DNA of 64,000 nucleotides from an uncultured Verrucomicrobiae bacterium (GTDB taxonomy: Bacteria > Verrucomicrobiota > Verrucomicrobiia > Palsa-1439), in assembly GCA_963842185.1 (NCBI GenBank), contig CAWJFL010000007.1, positions 145,176-209,175 of the forward strand. The letters are read 5' to 3'. Positions 10,889-21,047 of this stretch are shown here, in pieces. How positions within the stretch are numbered: the stretch's first letter is position 1; every line of letters begins with the position of its first letter. The position numbers and the translations under genes were made by a program. Under the pieces are notes generated by a model. It searched no databases. It saw only the letters and a list, made by a program, of their open reading frames with translations, and had not been told where the DNA came from.

Positions 10889-11434
10889 GTGAGCGATATG
10901 GCGCAGCTATACGAACATTATAAGAAGAGCGTCGTGGAGCAGCTCATGAAGGGCGGCCATTACACCAACCGGATGCAGGTGCCGAAGGTGGAGAAGGTGG
11001 TCGTGAACATGGGAGTGAACGCGAATCACGACAAAGACGTGATCAACGAAGCCCAGCAGGAATTGGCCACACTCACTGGGCAAAAGGCATTGGTCACGAA
11101 GGCGAAGAAGAGCATTTCGAACTTCAAGGTCCGCAAGGACATGCCCGTGGGTGCAAAGGTGACGTTGCGGGGTCAGCGGATGTACGAATTTCTGGAGCGG
11201 TTCTTCAACGCTGCGTTGCCGCGGATTCGCGACTTTCGCGGGGTCAACCCGCGCGGGTTCGATGGCCGCGGCAGTTACACGATGGGCGTGAAGGACCAGA
11301 CGATTTTTCCCGAAGTGGAACTCGACAAGATCAAGCATAACCTCGGGATGGACGTGACGATTGTGACGACGGCCAACACCGATGCCGAGGCCAAGGAGCT
11401 CCTCAAATTGCTCGGGATGCCGTTCAGCAGTTAA
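10889..11434 (+). CDS. rplE: 50S ribosomal protein L5
   Basis: GTG start. VPKVEKVVVNMGV..ITGQKALVTKAKKSISNFKVR..FRGVNPRGFDGRGSYTMG is canonical L5. Confidence 0.96.
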   Translation: MSDMAQLYEHYKKSVVEQLMKGGHYTNRMQVPKVEKVVVNMGVNANHDKDVINEAQQELATLTGQKALVTKAKKSISNFKVRKDMPVGAKVTLRGQRMYEFLERFFNAALPRIRDFRGVNPRGFDGRGSYTMGVKDQTIFPEVELDKIKHNLGMDVTIVTTANTDAEAKELLKLLGMPFSS

Positions 11435-11445
11435 AGGATTGAGTT

Positions 11446-11631
11446 ATGGCGAAAGTTACCTGGGAAGTGAAGCAGCGGCGGCCGGCCAAGTTCAAAGCGC
11501 GGCAGTACAATCGCTGCCAGAACTGTGGACGGCGCCATGCGTATATCCGGCGGTTCAAGATTTGCCGGATTTGCTTTCGTGAACTGGCCAGTCAGGGCAA
11601 GATCCCGGGTGTGGTGAAGGCGAGTTGGTGA
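11446..11631 (+). CDS. rpsN: 30S ribosomal protein S14, short zinc-binding (type Z) form
   Basis: 61 aa with [16 protein letters not shown], i.e. two CxxC pairs, and a C-terminal KASW. Confidence 0.95.
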   Translation: MAKVTWEVKQRRPAKFKARQYNRCQNCGRRHAYIRRFKICRICFRELASQGKIPGVVKASW

Positions 11632-11632
11632 A

Positions 11633-12034
11633 TTGATGAACGTGACCGATTCCATTGGCGATATGCTGACGCGGATTCGCAACGCGAACTCCGCGCTCAA
11701 GCCGGACGTACTCGTGCCGTATTCGCGACTGAAGGCGGAGATTGCAAAAGTGCTGAAGCGCGAAGGATACCTGGCGGATTTCTATGCGGAGAAGCTGGAG
11801 AACGGCCGTCAGGTATTAAAGATTCAGTTGAAGATCGTCGGCAAAGAGCGGGCGATTGTTGGAATCAAGCGCGTGAGCCGTCCCGGACTGCGGCGGTATG
11901 TCGGTTCGACGGATATTCCGCGCGTACTGGGCGGGATGGGAATATCGATTCTGACAACGTCGCGTGGCGTGATGACCGGTCACGAAGCCAAGAAGGCGAA
12001 ATTGGGCGGTGAACTGTTAGCCTACGTGTGGTGA
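11633..12034 (+). CDS. rpsH: 30S ribosomal protein S8
   Basis: TDSIGDMLTRIRNA..GMGISILTTSRGVMT..GGELLAYVW is canonical S8. Confidence 0.96.
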   Translation: MMNVTDSIGDMLTRIRNANSALKPDVLVPYSRLKAEIAKVLKREGYLADFYAEKLENGRQVLKIQLKIVGKERAIVGIKRVSRPGLRRYVGSTDIPRVLGGMGISILTTSRGVMTGHEAKKAKLGGELLAYVW

Positions 12035-12040
12035 CGCATT

Positions 12041-12601
12041 ATGTCGCGAATTGGAAAAAAGCCCGTTGAGATTCCCGCCAAGACCAGGGTCGAAGTGAAG
12101 GGCCAGGCGATCTCTGTCGAAGGGCCGAAAGGCAAGCTGGAGTGGACCGTACCATCACCGATCAAGGTCGAGGTGAAGGATGGCAAAGTGCTCGCGAGCA
12201 CGACACAGGTGGACCGGGTCGGCAAGTCGCGTTGGGGTTTGTCGCGAAGCCTTATTGCGAACATGGTCAAAGGCGTCAATGAGGGGTACGTAAAGAAGCT
12301 GCTGGTGGAGGGCGTTGGTTTTCGCGCCGCGGTGCAGGGGACAAATTTGCAGATGTCCCTGGGGTATTCCCACCCGATTATTTTCGCCATTCCGAAGGGC
12401 GTGAAGGTTTCGGTGGCTGACACGCAGGACAAGAAGCCGGAGATTACGATTGAGGGACCAGACAAACAAATGATCGGGGAAGTAGCTGCCCGAATTCGGC
12501 AGTTCTATCCTCCCGAGCCGTACAAAGGCAAGGGGATCCGCTACGTCGGGGAGCAGGTACGACGGAAGGCGGGCAAGACCGTTACGACCGCTGGCGGTTA
12601 A
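12041..12601 (+). CDS. rplF: 50S ribosomal protein L6
   Basis: [39 protein letters not shown] is canonical L6. Confidence 0.96.
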   Translation: MSRIGKKPVEIPAKTRVEVKGQAISVEGPKGKLEWTVPSPIKVEVKDGKVLASTTQVDRVGKSRWGLSRSLIANMVKGVNEGYVKKLLVEGVGFRAAVQGTNLQMSLGYSHPIIFAIPKGVKVSVADTQDKKPEITIEGPDKQMIGEVAARIRQFYPPEPYKGKGIRYVGEQVRRKAGKTVTTAGG

Positions 12602-12615
12602 TTTGGTGTTACGTT

Positions 12616-12972
12616 ATGATTCCACGAACAAGAGTTGAAGCGCGATATCGGCGGCACCTGCGGCTGCGGAAAAAAGTGGGCGGCACGGCGCAGCGTCCGC
12701 GGATGAGTGTCTGCATGACCGGCAAACACATCTATGTACAGTTGATCGATGATGTCAACGGCGTGACCCTGGCATTTGTAAGCACGGCTGGCTCCGACTT
12801 GAAGGGGACGAAAGCGACGGTCGAAGGCGCGAAGAAAGTTGGCCAACTCGCGGCGCAGAAGGCGAAAGCCAAGAACATCACCGAGGTCATTTTTGATCGC
12901 GGCGGATTGCGGTATCACGGACGCGTCAAAGCATTGGCGGATGCGGCGCGCGAAGCGGGATTGAAATTCTAA
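12616..12972 (+). CDS. rplR: 50S ribosomal protein L18
   Basis: [20 protein letters not shown].. and [26 protein letters not shown] are L18 motifs. Confidence 0.95.
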   Translation: MIPRTRVEARYRRHLRLRKKVGGTAQRPRMSVCMTGKHIYVQLIDDVNGVTLAFVSTAGSDLKGTKATVEGAKKVGQLAAQKAKAKNITEVIFDRGGLRYHGRVKALADAAREAGLKF

Positions 12973-12973
12973 T

Positions 12974-13561
12974 ATGGCACCTGAAAAGAAACCAAAGATT
13001 GCAAAGCCGATCGCGTCCAAAGGTAAAGAAGCGTCGCCGGTGGCCGTAGTCGAGGAACTGGGAGTCGAGACCGATCGCCAGGGCGGTGAAATTACCGAAA
13101 AGGTCGTCTACGTCAACCGCAGCGCGAAGGTTGTGAAGGGCGGACGTCGATTCCATTTCAGCGCGTTGGTGGTCGTCGGCGACCGTCGCGGGCACGTGGG
13201 CTGGGGCTTTGGGAAGGCCAACGAGGTTGCCGATGCCATCCGCAAGGGCACTGATCAGGCGAAGAAGGCCATGGTATTTGTGAATTTGAAAGACGCGACG
13301 ATTCCCCACGAAATCGTCGGGATCTTTGGCGGCGGACGCGTGTTACTGCGTCCAGCGTCGCCGGGCACTGGCGTTATCGCGGGCGGCGGCGTGCGCGCGG
13401 TCATCGAGGCTGCGGGGGTGCGTGACGTGTTGACGAAGTCGCTGGGGTCGAGCAATGCCGTCAACGTGGTGAAAGCGACGATTGATGCCTTGCTGAACCT
13501 GCGTCCGCGCGAGGAAATCATGCGGGTGCGTGGGCTGACCCGACCCACCACCGCCGGGTGA
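12974..13561 (+). CDS. rpsE: 30S ribosomal protein S5 (with a Lys-rich N-terminal extension)
   Basis: [34 protein letters not shown] is the S5 core. Confidence 0.96.
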   Translation: MAPEKKPKIAKPIASKGKEASPVAVVEELGVETDRQGGEITEKVVYVNRSAKVVKGGRRFHFSALVVVGDRRGHVGWGFGKANEVADAIRKGTDQAKKAMVFVNLKDATIPHEIVGIFGGGRVLLRPASPGTGVIAGGGVRAVIEAAGVRDVLTKSLGSSNAVNVVKATIDALLNLRPREEIMRVRGLTRPTTAG

Positions 13562-13567
13562 GCTAAC

Positions 13568-14086
13568 ATGACGATGCGACTGCACAATTTAAAGCCCCGT
13601 CCGGGTGCCAAGCACCGCACGAAACGGTTGGGCATTGGCGAGAGTTCGGGTCACGGCAAGACCAGTGGACGCGGGGGCAAGGGGCAGACGGCGCGTTCCG
13701 GCGGTACGGTTCGTTTGGGGTTTGAAGGCGGCCAGATGCCGCTGCTGCGCCGTATTCCGAAGCGTGGATTCAACAACGCGAACTTCCGGACGATCTATGC
13801 GATTGTCAACGTCGAGCAGTTGAATGAGTTCAACAATGGTGCGACGGTCACGCCTGAGGCCCTGGTGGAGGCGGGACTGGCCGACAGGCTTGTTGACGGA
13901 GTGAAAGTGCTCGGCAATGGCGCGCTGAAGAAGAAGCTGACTGTCAGGGCCCAGAGGTTTAGCGCGTCGGCGCGGGAAAAGATCACCCAAGCCGGTGGCC
14001 AATGCGAAGACCTGCCACTACGAAGTATCCATCACAAGCCGGCGCCGCCGGCCGCAGCACCGAAGGCACCCGCAGGAGAGAAGTGA
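13568..14086 (+). CDS. rplO: 50S ribosomal protein L15 (with an Ala/Pro-rich C-terminal tail)
   Basis: [43 protein letters not shown] is canonical L15. It directly follows rpsE, so there is no L30 gene. Confidence 0.94.
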   Translation: MTMRLHNLKPRPGAKHRTKRLGIGESSGHGKTSGRGGKGQTARSGGTVRLGFEGGQMPLLRRIPKRGFNNANFRTIYAIVNVEQLNEFNNGATVTPEALVEAGLADRLVDGVKVLGNGALKKKLTVRAQRFSASAREKITQAGGQCEDLPLRSIHHKPAPPAAAPKAPAGEK

Positions 14087-14106
14087 CGCGCAATCGCTGA
14101 CGACCC

Positions 14107-15453
14107 ATGTTCTCCGCATTCCTCAACTGCTGGAAGATTCCCGAACTACGGCGTCGCATCCTGTTTACGCTGGGTATGGTCGCGATCGCGCGATTGGGCG
14201 CGAACATTCCCTGCCCGGGGGTGGATCCCTCGGAGTTAAACCAATACATGGCGCAGATCCAGCAGCGGGTAGGCGGCAGCTTCATGGGATTGGCGGACAT
14301 GATGACCGGGGGCGGCCTGCAGCAATGCGCGGTGTTCGCGCTGGGTGTGATGCCCTACATTAGCGCGTCGATCATTATGATGTTGTTGCCGGCAGCCATA
14401 CCGTCGCTGGAGAAACTCAAGCAGGAAGGCGAGTCGGGCCGGACGAAGTTGATCCAGTATTCGCGTTACATGACGGTGGGGCTGTGCATCGTTCAAAGCT
14501 GGTTGTTGGCGAAGGCGTTCGAACATCCGGAGCAAATGTTTACCGGCTTCACGGGTGTATTGGTGGTCAATCCCGGAGTCGGTTTCGAGTTGTTGACGGT
14601 GCTGACCATTACCAGCGGCACGGTTCTGTTGATGTGGATCGGCGAACAGATCACCGAGCGGGGAATCGGCAACGGGATGTCGATTATCATCACCGTAGGC
14701 ATCGTGGACCGTCTGCCGCGGGCCATCAACCAGGCGTTCCGACTGTTTGTCGGGCCGGAGAGCCAGTTCAACGCCCTTCATGCGATTTTGTTGCTGGTAA
14801 TGGCGGTGGCGGTAACGGCAGTGGTGGTGGCGGTCACAGAAGCGGAGCGAAAGATCCCGGTTCAGTACGCAAAACGGATGGTGGGACGCAAAATGCTGGG
14901 AGGCGGCCAGACGTTCATGCCGCTAAAAGTCAATTACTCGGGAGTCATGCCGATCATTTTCGCGCAGGCGATCCTGTTGTTTCCGGCAAAAATTTTTTCC
15001 ATGTTGCAGATGCCGTTTTTCCAGAATCTGGCGCGCAGTCTGACGGAGGGAGAGTCGCTATATCTTACCGTGTACGGCGCGATGATCCTCTTCTTTTCTT
15101 ATTTCTGGGTGGCGACACAATTCAATCCGTTGCAAATTGCGGACGATTTGAAGAAGTACGGTGGATACCTCCCGGGGATTCGGCCGGGTCGGCCGACGGC
15201 GGAGTATCTGGATCACACCATGACACGCATTACACTGGCCGGCTCCGTATTCCTGACGGGGATCGCGGTCGTCCCGTACATTTTGTCGCACAACTTTCGG
15301 CTGCCGTATTTGACCGCGAGCTTCTTTGGTGGAACGAGCCTGCTCATTAACGTTGGCGTCATGCTGGACACGATGCGTCAGGTCGAGTCGCATCTGGTGA
15401 TGCGTCATTACGACGGGTTCTTGCGGAAAGGCCGATTGAGGGCCCGGTTCTGA
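14107..15453 (+). CDS. secY: Preprotein translocase subunit SecY
   Basis: 448 aa and multi-TM, with GVMPYISASII, WIGEQITERGIGNGMSIII and GGQTFMPLKVN motifs. Confidence 0.97.
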   Translation: MFSAFLNCWKIPELRRRILFTLGMVAIARLGANIPCPGVDPSELNQYMAQIQQRVGGSFMGLADMMTGGGLQQCAVFALGVMPYISASIIMMLLPAAIPSLEKLKQEGESGRTKLIQYSRYMTVGLCIVQSWLLAKAFEHPEQMFTGFTGVLVVNPGVGFELLTVLTITSGTVLLMWIGEQITERGIGNGMSIIITVGIVDRLPRAINQAFRLFVGPESQFNALHAILLLVMAVAVTAVVVAVTEAERKIPVQYAKRMVGRKMLGGGQTFMPLKVNYSGVMPIIFAQAILLFPAKIFSMLQMPFFQNLARSLTEGESLYLTVYGAMILFFSYFWVATQFNPLQIADDLKKYGGYLPGIRPGRPTAEYLDHTMTRITLAGSVFLTGIAVVPYILSHNFRLPYLTASFFGGTSLLINVGVMLDTMRQVESHLVMRHYDGFLRKGRLRARF

Positions 15454-15465
15454 CGGCCGGGGAAG

Positions 15466-16125
15466 GTGACGATGAGTCACCACCGTATTGTATTTTTGGG
15501 ACCGCCAGCGTCAGGCAAAGGCACGGCGGCGATGGCGTTGAGCGCGGCGCTCGGCGTGCCGCATGTGTCGACCGGTCAGATGTTTCGGGCGGCGATCCGC
15601 AAGGGTGGCCCGATTGGCGACGCGGCGAAGCAGTTCATTGACAAAGGGCAACTGGTGCCCGACGAGATCACGATAGCGGTCGTGCGCTTGTTGCTTGACG
15701 AGCGGGGATCGGTCGGCGGATTTATCTTCGACGGGTTTCCGCGGACGCGAACCCAGGCGGAAGCATTCGACAGGGTGCTCCAAGACAGAGGGATGCCCCT
15801 GACCGCGGCCATTCTCCTGGATGCAAGCGAGGCCGATATCCTGGAACGTGTGCTGGGACGACAGAGTTGCGAAAAATGCGGCGCGTTGTATCATCGAAGG
15901 TTTGTGCCCCCGCGGCAGAGTGGGATGTGCGACCGATGCGGTGGCAAGCTGACGCAGCGCGCCGATGACACGGCGGAGACCGTACAGAAACGGCTTGAGG
16001 TTTATCGGCAAGTAACGCTGGACGTGGTGGGCTACTACGAGAAGGCAGGTATCTTGAAGCGTGTCGATGGCGGCCAGCCGAAGGATAAGGTGTTTGCAGA
16101 CATTGTGGGATTACTGCGGTCGTGA
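15466..16125 (+). CDS. adk: Adenylate kinase with a zinc-type LID
   Basis: P-loop GPPASGKGT, and LID cysteines CEKCG..CDRCGG. Confidence 0.95.
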   Translation: MTMSHHRIVFLGPPASGKGTAAMALSAALGVPHVSTGQMFRAAIRKGGPIGDAAKQFIDKGQLVPDEITIAVVRLLLDERGSVGGFIFDGFPRTRTQAEAFDRVLQDRGMPLTAAILLDASEADILERVLGRQSCEKCGALYHRRFVPPRQSGMCDRCGGKLTQRADDTAETVQKRLEVYRQVTLDVVGYYEKAGILKRVDGGQPKDKVFADIVGLLRS

Positions 16126-16898
16126 TTGTTATCAAGACGCCAGAAGAGATTGAACGAATGCGGGTTGCATGCAACGCGGCCGCACAGATCCTGAATGCCG
16201 TGGCGCGTGAGGTCCAACCGGGGCGCACGACCGCGGAGTTGAATAACGTGGCCGCGGGGTTGATTGAAAAGCTGGGCGGGAAGAGTCCGTTTCTCGGGTA
16301 TAAAGGTTACCCGGGACATATTTGCGTCTCGGTGAACGAAGAAGTGGTTCACGGCATCCCGAGCCAGCGTCGAGTCCAATATGGCGACATCGTGAGCCTG
16401 GATGTGGGAATCGTCGTGAATGGGTTTGTGGGAGACAACGCGACCACGGTCGCCGTGGGAGTGGTGGAAGGTCGGACCCAACAGTTGCTGCAGGTGACCG
16501 AACGGGCGTTGTACGCGGGGATTGCGGCGGCGCGGGCGGGAAATCGAGTTTCCGATATCTCGCGGGCAGTCCAGACCCTGGTCGAGTCGAACGGGTTTTC
16601 TGTCGTGAGAGAATTTGTCGGGCATGGAGTAGGTCGGAAGATGCACGAAGAACCGCAAATCCCGAACTACGTGGGTTCGGGGCCCGACCCGAAATTGAAG
16701 CCGGGAATGACATTGGCGATTGAGCCGATGATCAATGCAGGTGCGAGTGATGTGATGATGTTGAGCGATGGTTGGACCGTGGTTTCGGCCGATGGGGCGC
16801 CCAGCGCCCACTTCGAGCATACGGTTCTGGTAACGGATGGAGACGCCGAGATTTTGACGTGGCTAAAGAAGAGCCCATACGAGTCGAAGGCACGGTAG
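16122..16898 (+). CDS. map: Type I methionine aminopeptidase
   Basis: [35 protein letters not shown] are the metal-ligand motifs. Confidence 0.96.
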   Translation: MIVIKTPEEIERMRVACNAAAQILNAVAREVQPGRTTAELNNVAAGLIEKLGGKSPFLGYKGYPGHICVSVNEEVVHGIPSQRRVQYGDIVSLDVGIVVNGFVGDNATTVAVGVVEGRTQQLLQVTERALYAGIAAARAGNRVSDISRAVQTLVESNGFSVVREFVGHGVGRKMHEEPQIPNYVGSGPDPKLKPGMTLAIEPMINAGASDVMMLSDGWTVVSADGAPSAHFEHTVLVTDGDAEILTWLKKSPYESKAR

Positions 16899-17083
16899 TC
16901 GAGTTGCTGCCGAACACGATGTTTCGGGTGGAGTTGCCGAATAAGCATCGTATTCTGGCGCATATTTCGGGTAAGATGCGGCTGCATTTTATCCGGTTGC
17001 TGCCCGGCGACAAGGTGATGATCGAGATGTCACCATACGATTTGAGCAAGGGCCGAATTACGTTTCGGCAGAAAGAGCAGTAA
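16859..17083 (+). CDS. infA: Translation initiation factor IF-1
   Basis: The ORF-track entry 16772..17083 contains [41 protein letters not shown] trimmed it to the in-frame GTG at 16859, which gives the usual ~74 aa. It then overlaps the map 3' end by 40 nt. Confidence 0.93.
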   Translation: MAKEEPIRVEGTVVELLPNTMFRVELPNKHRILAHISGKMRLHFIRLLPGDKVMIEMSPYDLSKGRITFRQKEQ

Positions 17084-17098
17084 ACAGGCAGGACAAAC

Positions 17099-17212
17099 AT
17101 GAAAGTAAAACCTTCCGTAAAACGGTTGTGCGAACGCTGCAAAGTGGTGCGGCGCAAGGGAGTGGTGCGCGTGATTTGCACCAACCCGCGGCACAAACAA
17201 CGTCAAGGCTAG
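17099..17212 (+). CDS. rpmJ: 50S ribosomal protein L36
   Basis: Absent from the ORF track because it is under 60 aa. Manual translation gives [37 protein letters not shown] with a CxxC..C..H zinc motif, in the canonical infA-rpmJ-rpsM position. Confidence 0.92.
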   Translation: MKVKPSVKRLCERCKVVRRKGVVRVICTNPRHKQRQG

Positions 17213-17222
17213 AGGTATCGGC

Positions 17223-17612
17223 ATGGCACGTTTGATTGGTGTGGAAGTACCGGACCAGAAACAAATCGGGATCGCGCTTCGCTACATTTATGGTATCGGG
17301 CCGACGACCGCGCTCCAGGTATGCGCGAAAGCGAGCGTGGATCCGCATGTGCGGGCGAAAGACCTGAACGACGAACAGCTCTCGCACCTGACGACGGTGT
17401 TGCAGGGCTTTCGCATCGAAGGCGATTTGCGACGGGAAGTGCAAACGAACATCAAGCGCCTCATGAGCATCAATTGCTACCGCGGGATCCGGCACAAGAA
17501 GGGCTTGCCGGTGCGCGGCCAGCGCACGTCCACCAACGCGCGCACCCGCAAGGGCCCGCGTAAGACAGTCGGCGTCGTTCGCAGCAAGGAAGCGAAGACC
17601 GGCAAGGTTTGA
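17223..17612 (+). CDS. rpsM: 30S ribosomal protein S13
   Basis: [39 protein letters not shown] is canonical S13. Confidence 0.96.
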   Translation: MARLIGVEVPDQKQIGIALRYIYGIGPTTALQVCAKASVDPHVRAKDLNDEQLSHLTTVLQGFRIEGDLRREVQTNIKRLMSINCYRGIRHKKGLPVRGQRTSTNARTRKGPRKTVGVVRSKEAKTGKV

Positions 17613-17638
17613 TCGCAAGGGAAATTTGAAGGAGCACA

Positions 17639-18190
17639 ATGGCTAAAGAAGCACCCAAGAAATCCGAAGAACCGAAAGCGAAACCGGCCGCCGAGGCAGG
17701 CACGCCCGCCTCAAAACCAGAAGCCGCCGTCGATGCGGCCGCACCGGCCGCAGCGGGGGCACCCACGGTGCCCACCACGGCTGCGGAAGCATTGGCCGAG
17801 GGCGAGGTCGCGAAGAAGGTTGTCAAGGCCAAGCACAGCAAGAACGTGTTTCAGGGCATCGCCCATATCATGGCGACGTTCAATAACACCTGTGTTTCGA
17901 TTACGGATTTGAAGGGCCGGGTGATCGGTTGGTCGAGCGCCGGGCGCGTCGGCTTCAAAGGCTCGCGCAAGAGTACGGCCTACGCGGCGCAGTTGGTCGC
18001 GCAGGACGCCGCCCGGCAGGGGATGGCGCACGGTTTGAAGGAAATCGAGGTGTGGGTGAAAGGGCCGGGTTCCGGGCGCGAGGCAGCGATTCGCGCGTTG
18101 CAGGCGATCGGCCTGGATATCACCGTGATCAAGGATGTGACGCCCGTCCCGCATAATGGATGCCGGCCGCCGAAGCGCCGCCGCGTGTAG
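17639..18190 (+). CDS. rpsK: 30S ribosomal protein S11 with a ~50 aa Ala/Pro/Lys/Glu-rich N-terminal extension
   Basis: The core [62 protein letters not shown] is canonical S11. Confidence 0.95.
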   Translation: MAKEAPKKSEEPKAKPAAEAGTPASKPEAAVDAAAPAAAGAPTVPTTAAEALAEGEVAKKVVKAKHSKNVFQGIAHIMATFNNTCVSITDLKGRVIGWSSAGRVGFKGSRKSTAYAAQLVAQDAARQGMAHGLKEIEVWVKGPGSGREAAIRALQAIGLDITVIKDVTPVPHNGCRPPKRRRV

Positions 18191-18207
18191 CAGGAGATTT
18201 CGTTACC

Positions 18208-18819
18208 ATGGCACGATACAAAGGACCACGAGTTCGCATCAGCCGACGATTTGGACAGCCGATATTCGGCCCGTCGAAATATCTGGAGCGCCGCGCGTAT
18301 CCACCCGGCGTACACGGCCCGAAGAAGGCCCGCCGCAAGCAAAGTGATTACGGCGTCGGCCTGGCAGAAAAGCAGAAACTGCGTTACCAGTACGGGTTGT
18401 TGGAACGCCAGTTCCGGCGCATGTTCAACAAGGCGCTGAAAAAGCGCGGCGTAACGGGCGAGACATTGCTGCAATTGCTGGAGACGCGCCTCGATAACGT
18501 TGTGTTTCGCATCGGGTTTGCCACCACGCGCCCGTTCGCCCGGCAAATGGTCAGCCACGGGCACATTCGGGTGAATGGCCGCAAGGTTTCGTCGCCTTCG
18601 TACAACGTGAAGCCCGGGGATGTTGTGGAAATCCGCGACACCGCGGCGACGCGGCAGTTGGCGGCAAAAAGTTTGGAATCCGCGCAGATTCGGCCCGTGC
18701 CGGACTGGATTACATTCAGCCGTGATGCCCTGCGAGCGCAGATTGGACGGATACCGTCGCGGGACGATATTCAGCCAATCGTGAACGAACAATTGATCGT
18801 CGAGTTTTATTCTAGATAA
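18208..18819 (+). CDS. rpsD: 30S ribosomal protein S4
   Basis: Trimmed to the ATG at 18208, giving MARYKGPRVRISRRFG. S4 domain: LETRLDNVVFRIGFATTRPFARQMVSHGHIRVNG. Confidence 0.95.
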   Translation: MARYKGPRVRISRRFGQPIFGPSKYLERRAYPPGVHGPKKARRKQSDYGVGLAEKQKLRYQYGLLERQFRRMFNKALKKRGVTGETLLQLLETRLDNVVFRIGFATTRPFARQMVSHGHIRVNGRKVSSPSYNVKPGDVVEIRDTAATRQLAAKSLESAQIRPVPDWITFSRDALRAQIGRIPSRDDIQPIVNEQLIVEFYSR

Positions 18820-18912
18820 CCAGAATCCGCGTCCCTAATCCGGGCGCGACAACGAGCCGTCGGTCCGCGATTCTAGAGCGCGGGAAACCCGGCTCACAGG
18901 AGGAAGTACACC

Positions 18913-19962
18913 ATGCCAGTTCGTCTGGGTCGATTTGAAATGCCGAAGCGGTTGACGCGTGAGGACGCCACCGCGACGCCGACGTATGCCAAATTCATTG
19001 CGGAGCCGCTGGAAGCCGGCTACAGCCACACCATCGGGAACTCGATTCGACGCGTGTTGCTCAGTTCCTTGGAAGGAGCGGCCATCAGTTCTGTCAAAAT
19101 CGAGGGCGCGCCGCATGAGTTCACCAGCGTTCCCGGCGTTGTCGAGGACGTGACGGACATCGTGCTCAATCTGAAGAAGGTGCTGCTGAAGTCTCACAGC
19201 CGGGAGCCGCACGTGATCTATCTCGTGGCGAACAAGGACGGCGCCGTCACGGCGGCGGACATCAAGAGCGACCAGGTCGTCGAAGTTCTCAACCCCGACC
19301 AGCATATCTGTACGCTCGACAAGAAGATGCATTTTGAGATCGAATTGGAAATCAAAGTGGGACGCGGCTTCTGCCCGGCGGAGGAAAACAAGAAGCCCGA
19401 GCAACCCATCGGGGTGATCGCGATTGATTCGCTGTTTTCGCCGGTTCGCCGCGTGCGATACAGCGTGGAGGACACCCGTGTCGGACAGCGTACGGATTAC
19501 GACAAGCTCATCATCGAGGTGTGGACAGATGGACGCATCACCCCGGAAGACGCGATGGTCCAGTCCGCAAACATTCTGCGACACCATCTCGATGTGTTCT
19601 GCGATTACGACAAGAACATCGTGGTCGAGTTCGAGGAAGCCGGTGAGAAAGTCAGCGCCGAGCAGGCCAAGCTGAGGAAGGTTCTCAATATGAGTGTCAA
19701 CGAGATCGAACTTAGCGTGCGTGCGGCCAACTGTTTGAACAACGCCAACATTACGACCGTCGGCCAGCTGGCAATGAAGACCGAACAAGAAATGCTCAAG
19801 TACCGGAATTTCGGGAAGAAATCGCTCAACGAGATCAAAGAGAAATTGTCGGCGTTGGGGCTTACCCTGGGCATGAAGTTCGATGCGGCATTACTGGAAG
19901 CGCCCGACGCCAACAAGGGCGTTGAGGCGGTCCTGTCCGGTGCAATACCGGTGCCCGAGTAG
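18913..19962 (+). CDS. rpoA: DNA-directed RNA polymerase alpha subunit
   Basis: LEAGYSHTIGNSIRRVLLSS.. and the C-terminal domain ELSVRAANCLNNANITTVGQL..NFGKKSLNEIKEKL. Confidence 0.97.
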   Translation: MPVRLGRFEMPKRLTREDATATPTYAKFIAEPLEAGYSHTIGNSIRRVLLSSLEGAAISSVKIEGAPHEFTSVPGVVEDVTDIVLNLKKVLLKSHSREPHVIYLVANKDGAVTAADIKSDQVVEVLNPDQHICTLDKKMHFEIELEIKVGRGFCPAEENKKPEQPIGVIAIDSLFSPVRRVRYSVEDTRVGQRTDYDKLIIEVWTDGRITPEDAMVQSANILRHHLDVFCDYDKNIVVEFEEAGEKVSAEQAKLRKVLNMSVNEIELSVRAANCLNNANITTVGQLAMKTEQEMLKYRNFGKKSLNEIKEKLSALGLTLGMKFDAALLEAPDANKGVEAVLSGAIPVPE

Positions 19963-19989
19963 GGCTGGGCAGAGGGAGGACACATCGCC

Positions 19990-20463
19990 ATGCGACACCG
20001 AAAACGAACAGCCAAGTTGGGGATGAAATCCCAGCATCGGCGCTCCACACTGGCCAACCTCGTGTGCAGCCTGATCGAATACAGCCGGATTACGACGACG
20101 GTCGCCAAGGCCAAGGTGGCCCGCCGGTATGCGGACAAGATGGTAACCCTGGCCAAGAAAGGCACGCTGCACCACCGACGCGAGGCCTTGGCGTTTCTGC
20201 GACATAAGCCGGCGGTCACAAAATTATTCGCGGAGATTGGGAAGCAACACGGTGACCGCAACGGCGGTTATACCAGGATTGTCCGGGTCGGACAGCGACT
20301 GGGAGACGCCGCGCATGTAGCCATTCTCGAATGGACGGGCACCGTGACGGCCACGCCCGAACCGGAAACGGGCAAGAAGGCAGAAGAGCCGAAGTCCAAA
20401 GAAGTAAAGACCAAAGAGACGAAGGCGGACGAGAAGAAGGAACAAGTCGCCTCCGTCTCGTAG
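19990..20463 (+). CDS. rplQ: 50S ribosomal protein L17 with a Lys/Glu-rich C-terminal tail
   Basis: MRHRKRTAKLG...HRRSTLANLVCSLIEYSRITTT..KAK..YADKMVTLAK is canonical L17. Confidence 0.95.
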   Translation: MRHRKRTAKLGMKSQHRRSTLANLVCSLIEYSRITTTVAKAKVARRYADKMVTLAKKGTLHHRREALAFLRHKPAVTKLFAEIGKQHGDRNGGYTRIVRVGQRLGDAAHVAILEWTGTVTATPEPETGKKAEEPKSKEVKTKETKADEKKEQVASVS

Positions 20464-20492
20464 CGGTCTCGGGACAACAGTTGGAAACGGCG

Positions 20493-20526
20493 CGGCCTCC
20501 CTGGGTGGGAGGCCGTTGTCATTTTA
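20493..20526. terminator. Stem-loop between the convergent rplQ and dUTPase-like genes, a likely bidirectional intrinsic terminator
   Basis: Perfect 9-bp GC-rich stem CGGCCTCCC/GGGAGGCCG with a 5-nt loop (20493-20515), followed by TTGTCATTTTA. Confidence 0.55.
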
Positions 20527-20587
20527 TGAAGAGCCAGTTTGGGATCTGGCTGACAAGGATAGAGCGGTTGTGGCGCAGATTGTCGCG

Positions 20588-20983
20588 TCAGATGTGCTTG
20601 CTGTCGTGCTCGTCTTTGGTGTGGTAACCGCTGTCCTGTCGGGCGAGATTCACCTGATGTTTCTTGGCATAGGCATCGTAGAAGTCGGCAGGGGTCATCT
20701 CCAGGACCTGCGCAATGGAAATGAGGAAGTGGAGCAGATCGATGACTTCAACACGGGCATTCTGTTTATCGAACTTCTGGTACTTGGCCCACCATTTCCA
20801 CGGCACACTGTCCGTCAATTCGGCGACCTCCTGGGTCAACGCCCGGCAGTAGTTCAACACCCACTGCTGCCGCTGCTCATCGGTCATATGGGCCGTGTCG
20901 ACGCCGATTCGCTTATTAAGCTGTTCTTGGAGACGAAAGATCTCTTCGAGTTTGTCGGGTGCATTCATAAGGCTGGTCGACAT
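20588..20983 (-). CDS. All-alpha NTP pyrophosphohydrolase, dimeric dUTPase-like (MazG superfamily)
   Basis: The 211-aa ORF was trimmed to Met81 (MSTSLMNAPDKLEEIFRLQEQLNKRIG..). The pattern L..Q..L..RIG, then ALTQEVAEL...WKWW, then VEVIDLLHFLISIA matches dimeric dUTPase/MazG-like helices. Confidence 0.6.
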   Translation of the reverse strand: MSTSLMNAPDKLEEIFRLQEQLNKRIGVDTAHMTDEQRQQWVLNYCRALTQEVAELTDSVPWKWWAKYQKFDKQNARVEVIDLLHFLISIAQVLEMTPADFYDAYAKKHQVNLARQDSGYHTKDEHDSKHI

Positions 20984-21047
20984 TATCGAGAGAATGTGGT
21001 GAAAAATCACTGCTTTTCTGCTATAGAATAGAGGTGGCCGGCTGACG

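Noticed and set aside
16772-17083. 103-aa version of infA starting at 16772
   Set aside because: IF-1 is about 72 aa. The upstream 29 codons overlap map and show no similarity, and an in-frame GTG at 16859 gives the canonical [11 protein letters not shown]-terminus.
20984-21047. TATAGAAT-like -10 element in the divergent spacer between the dUTPase-like gene and the kinase gene
   Set aside because: It lies only ~18 nt from the kinase ATG, leaving no room for a leader or RBS, and has no convincing -35. Promoter consensus for this lineage is unknown, so I made no call.
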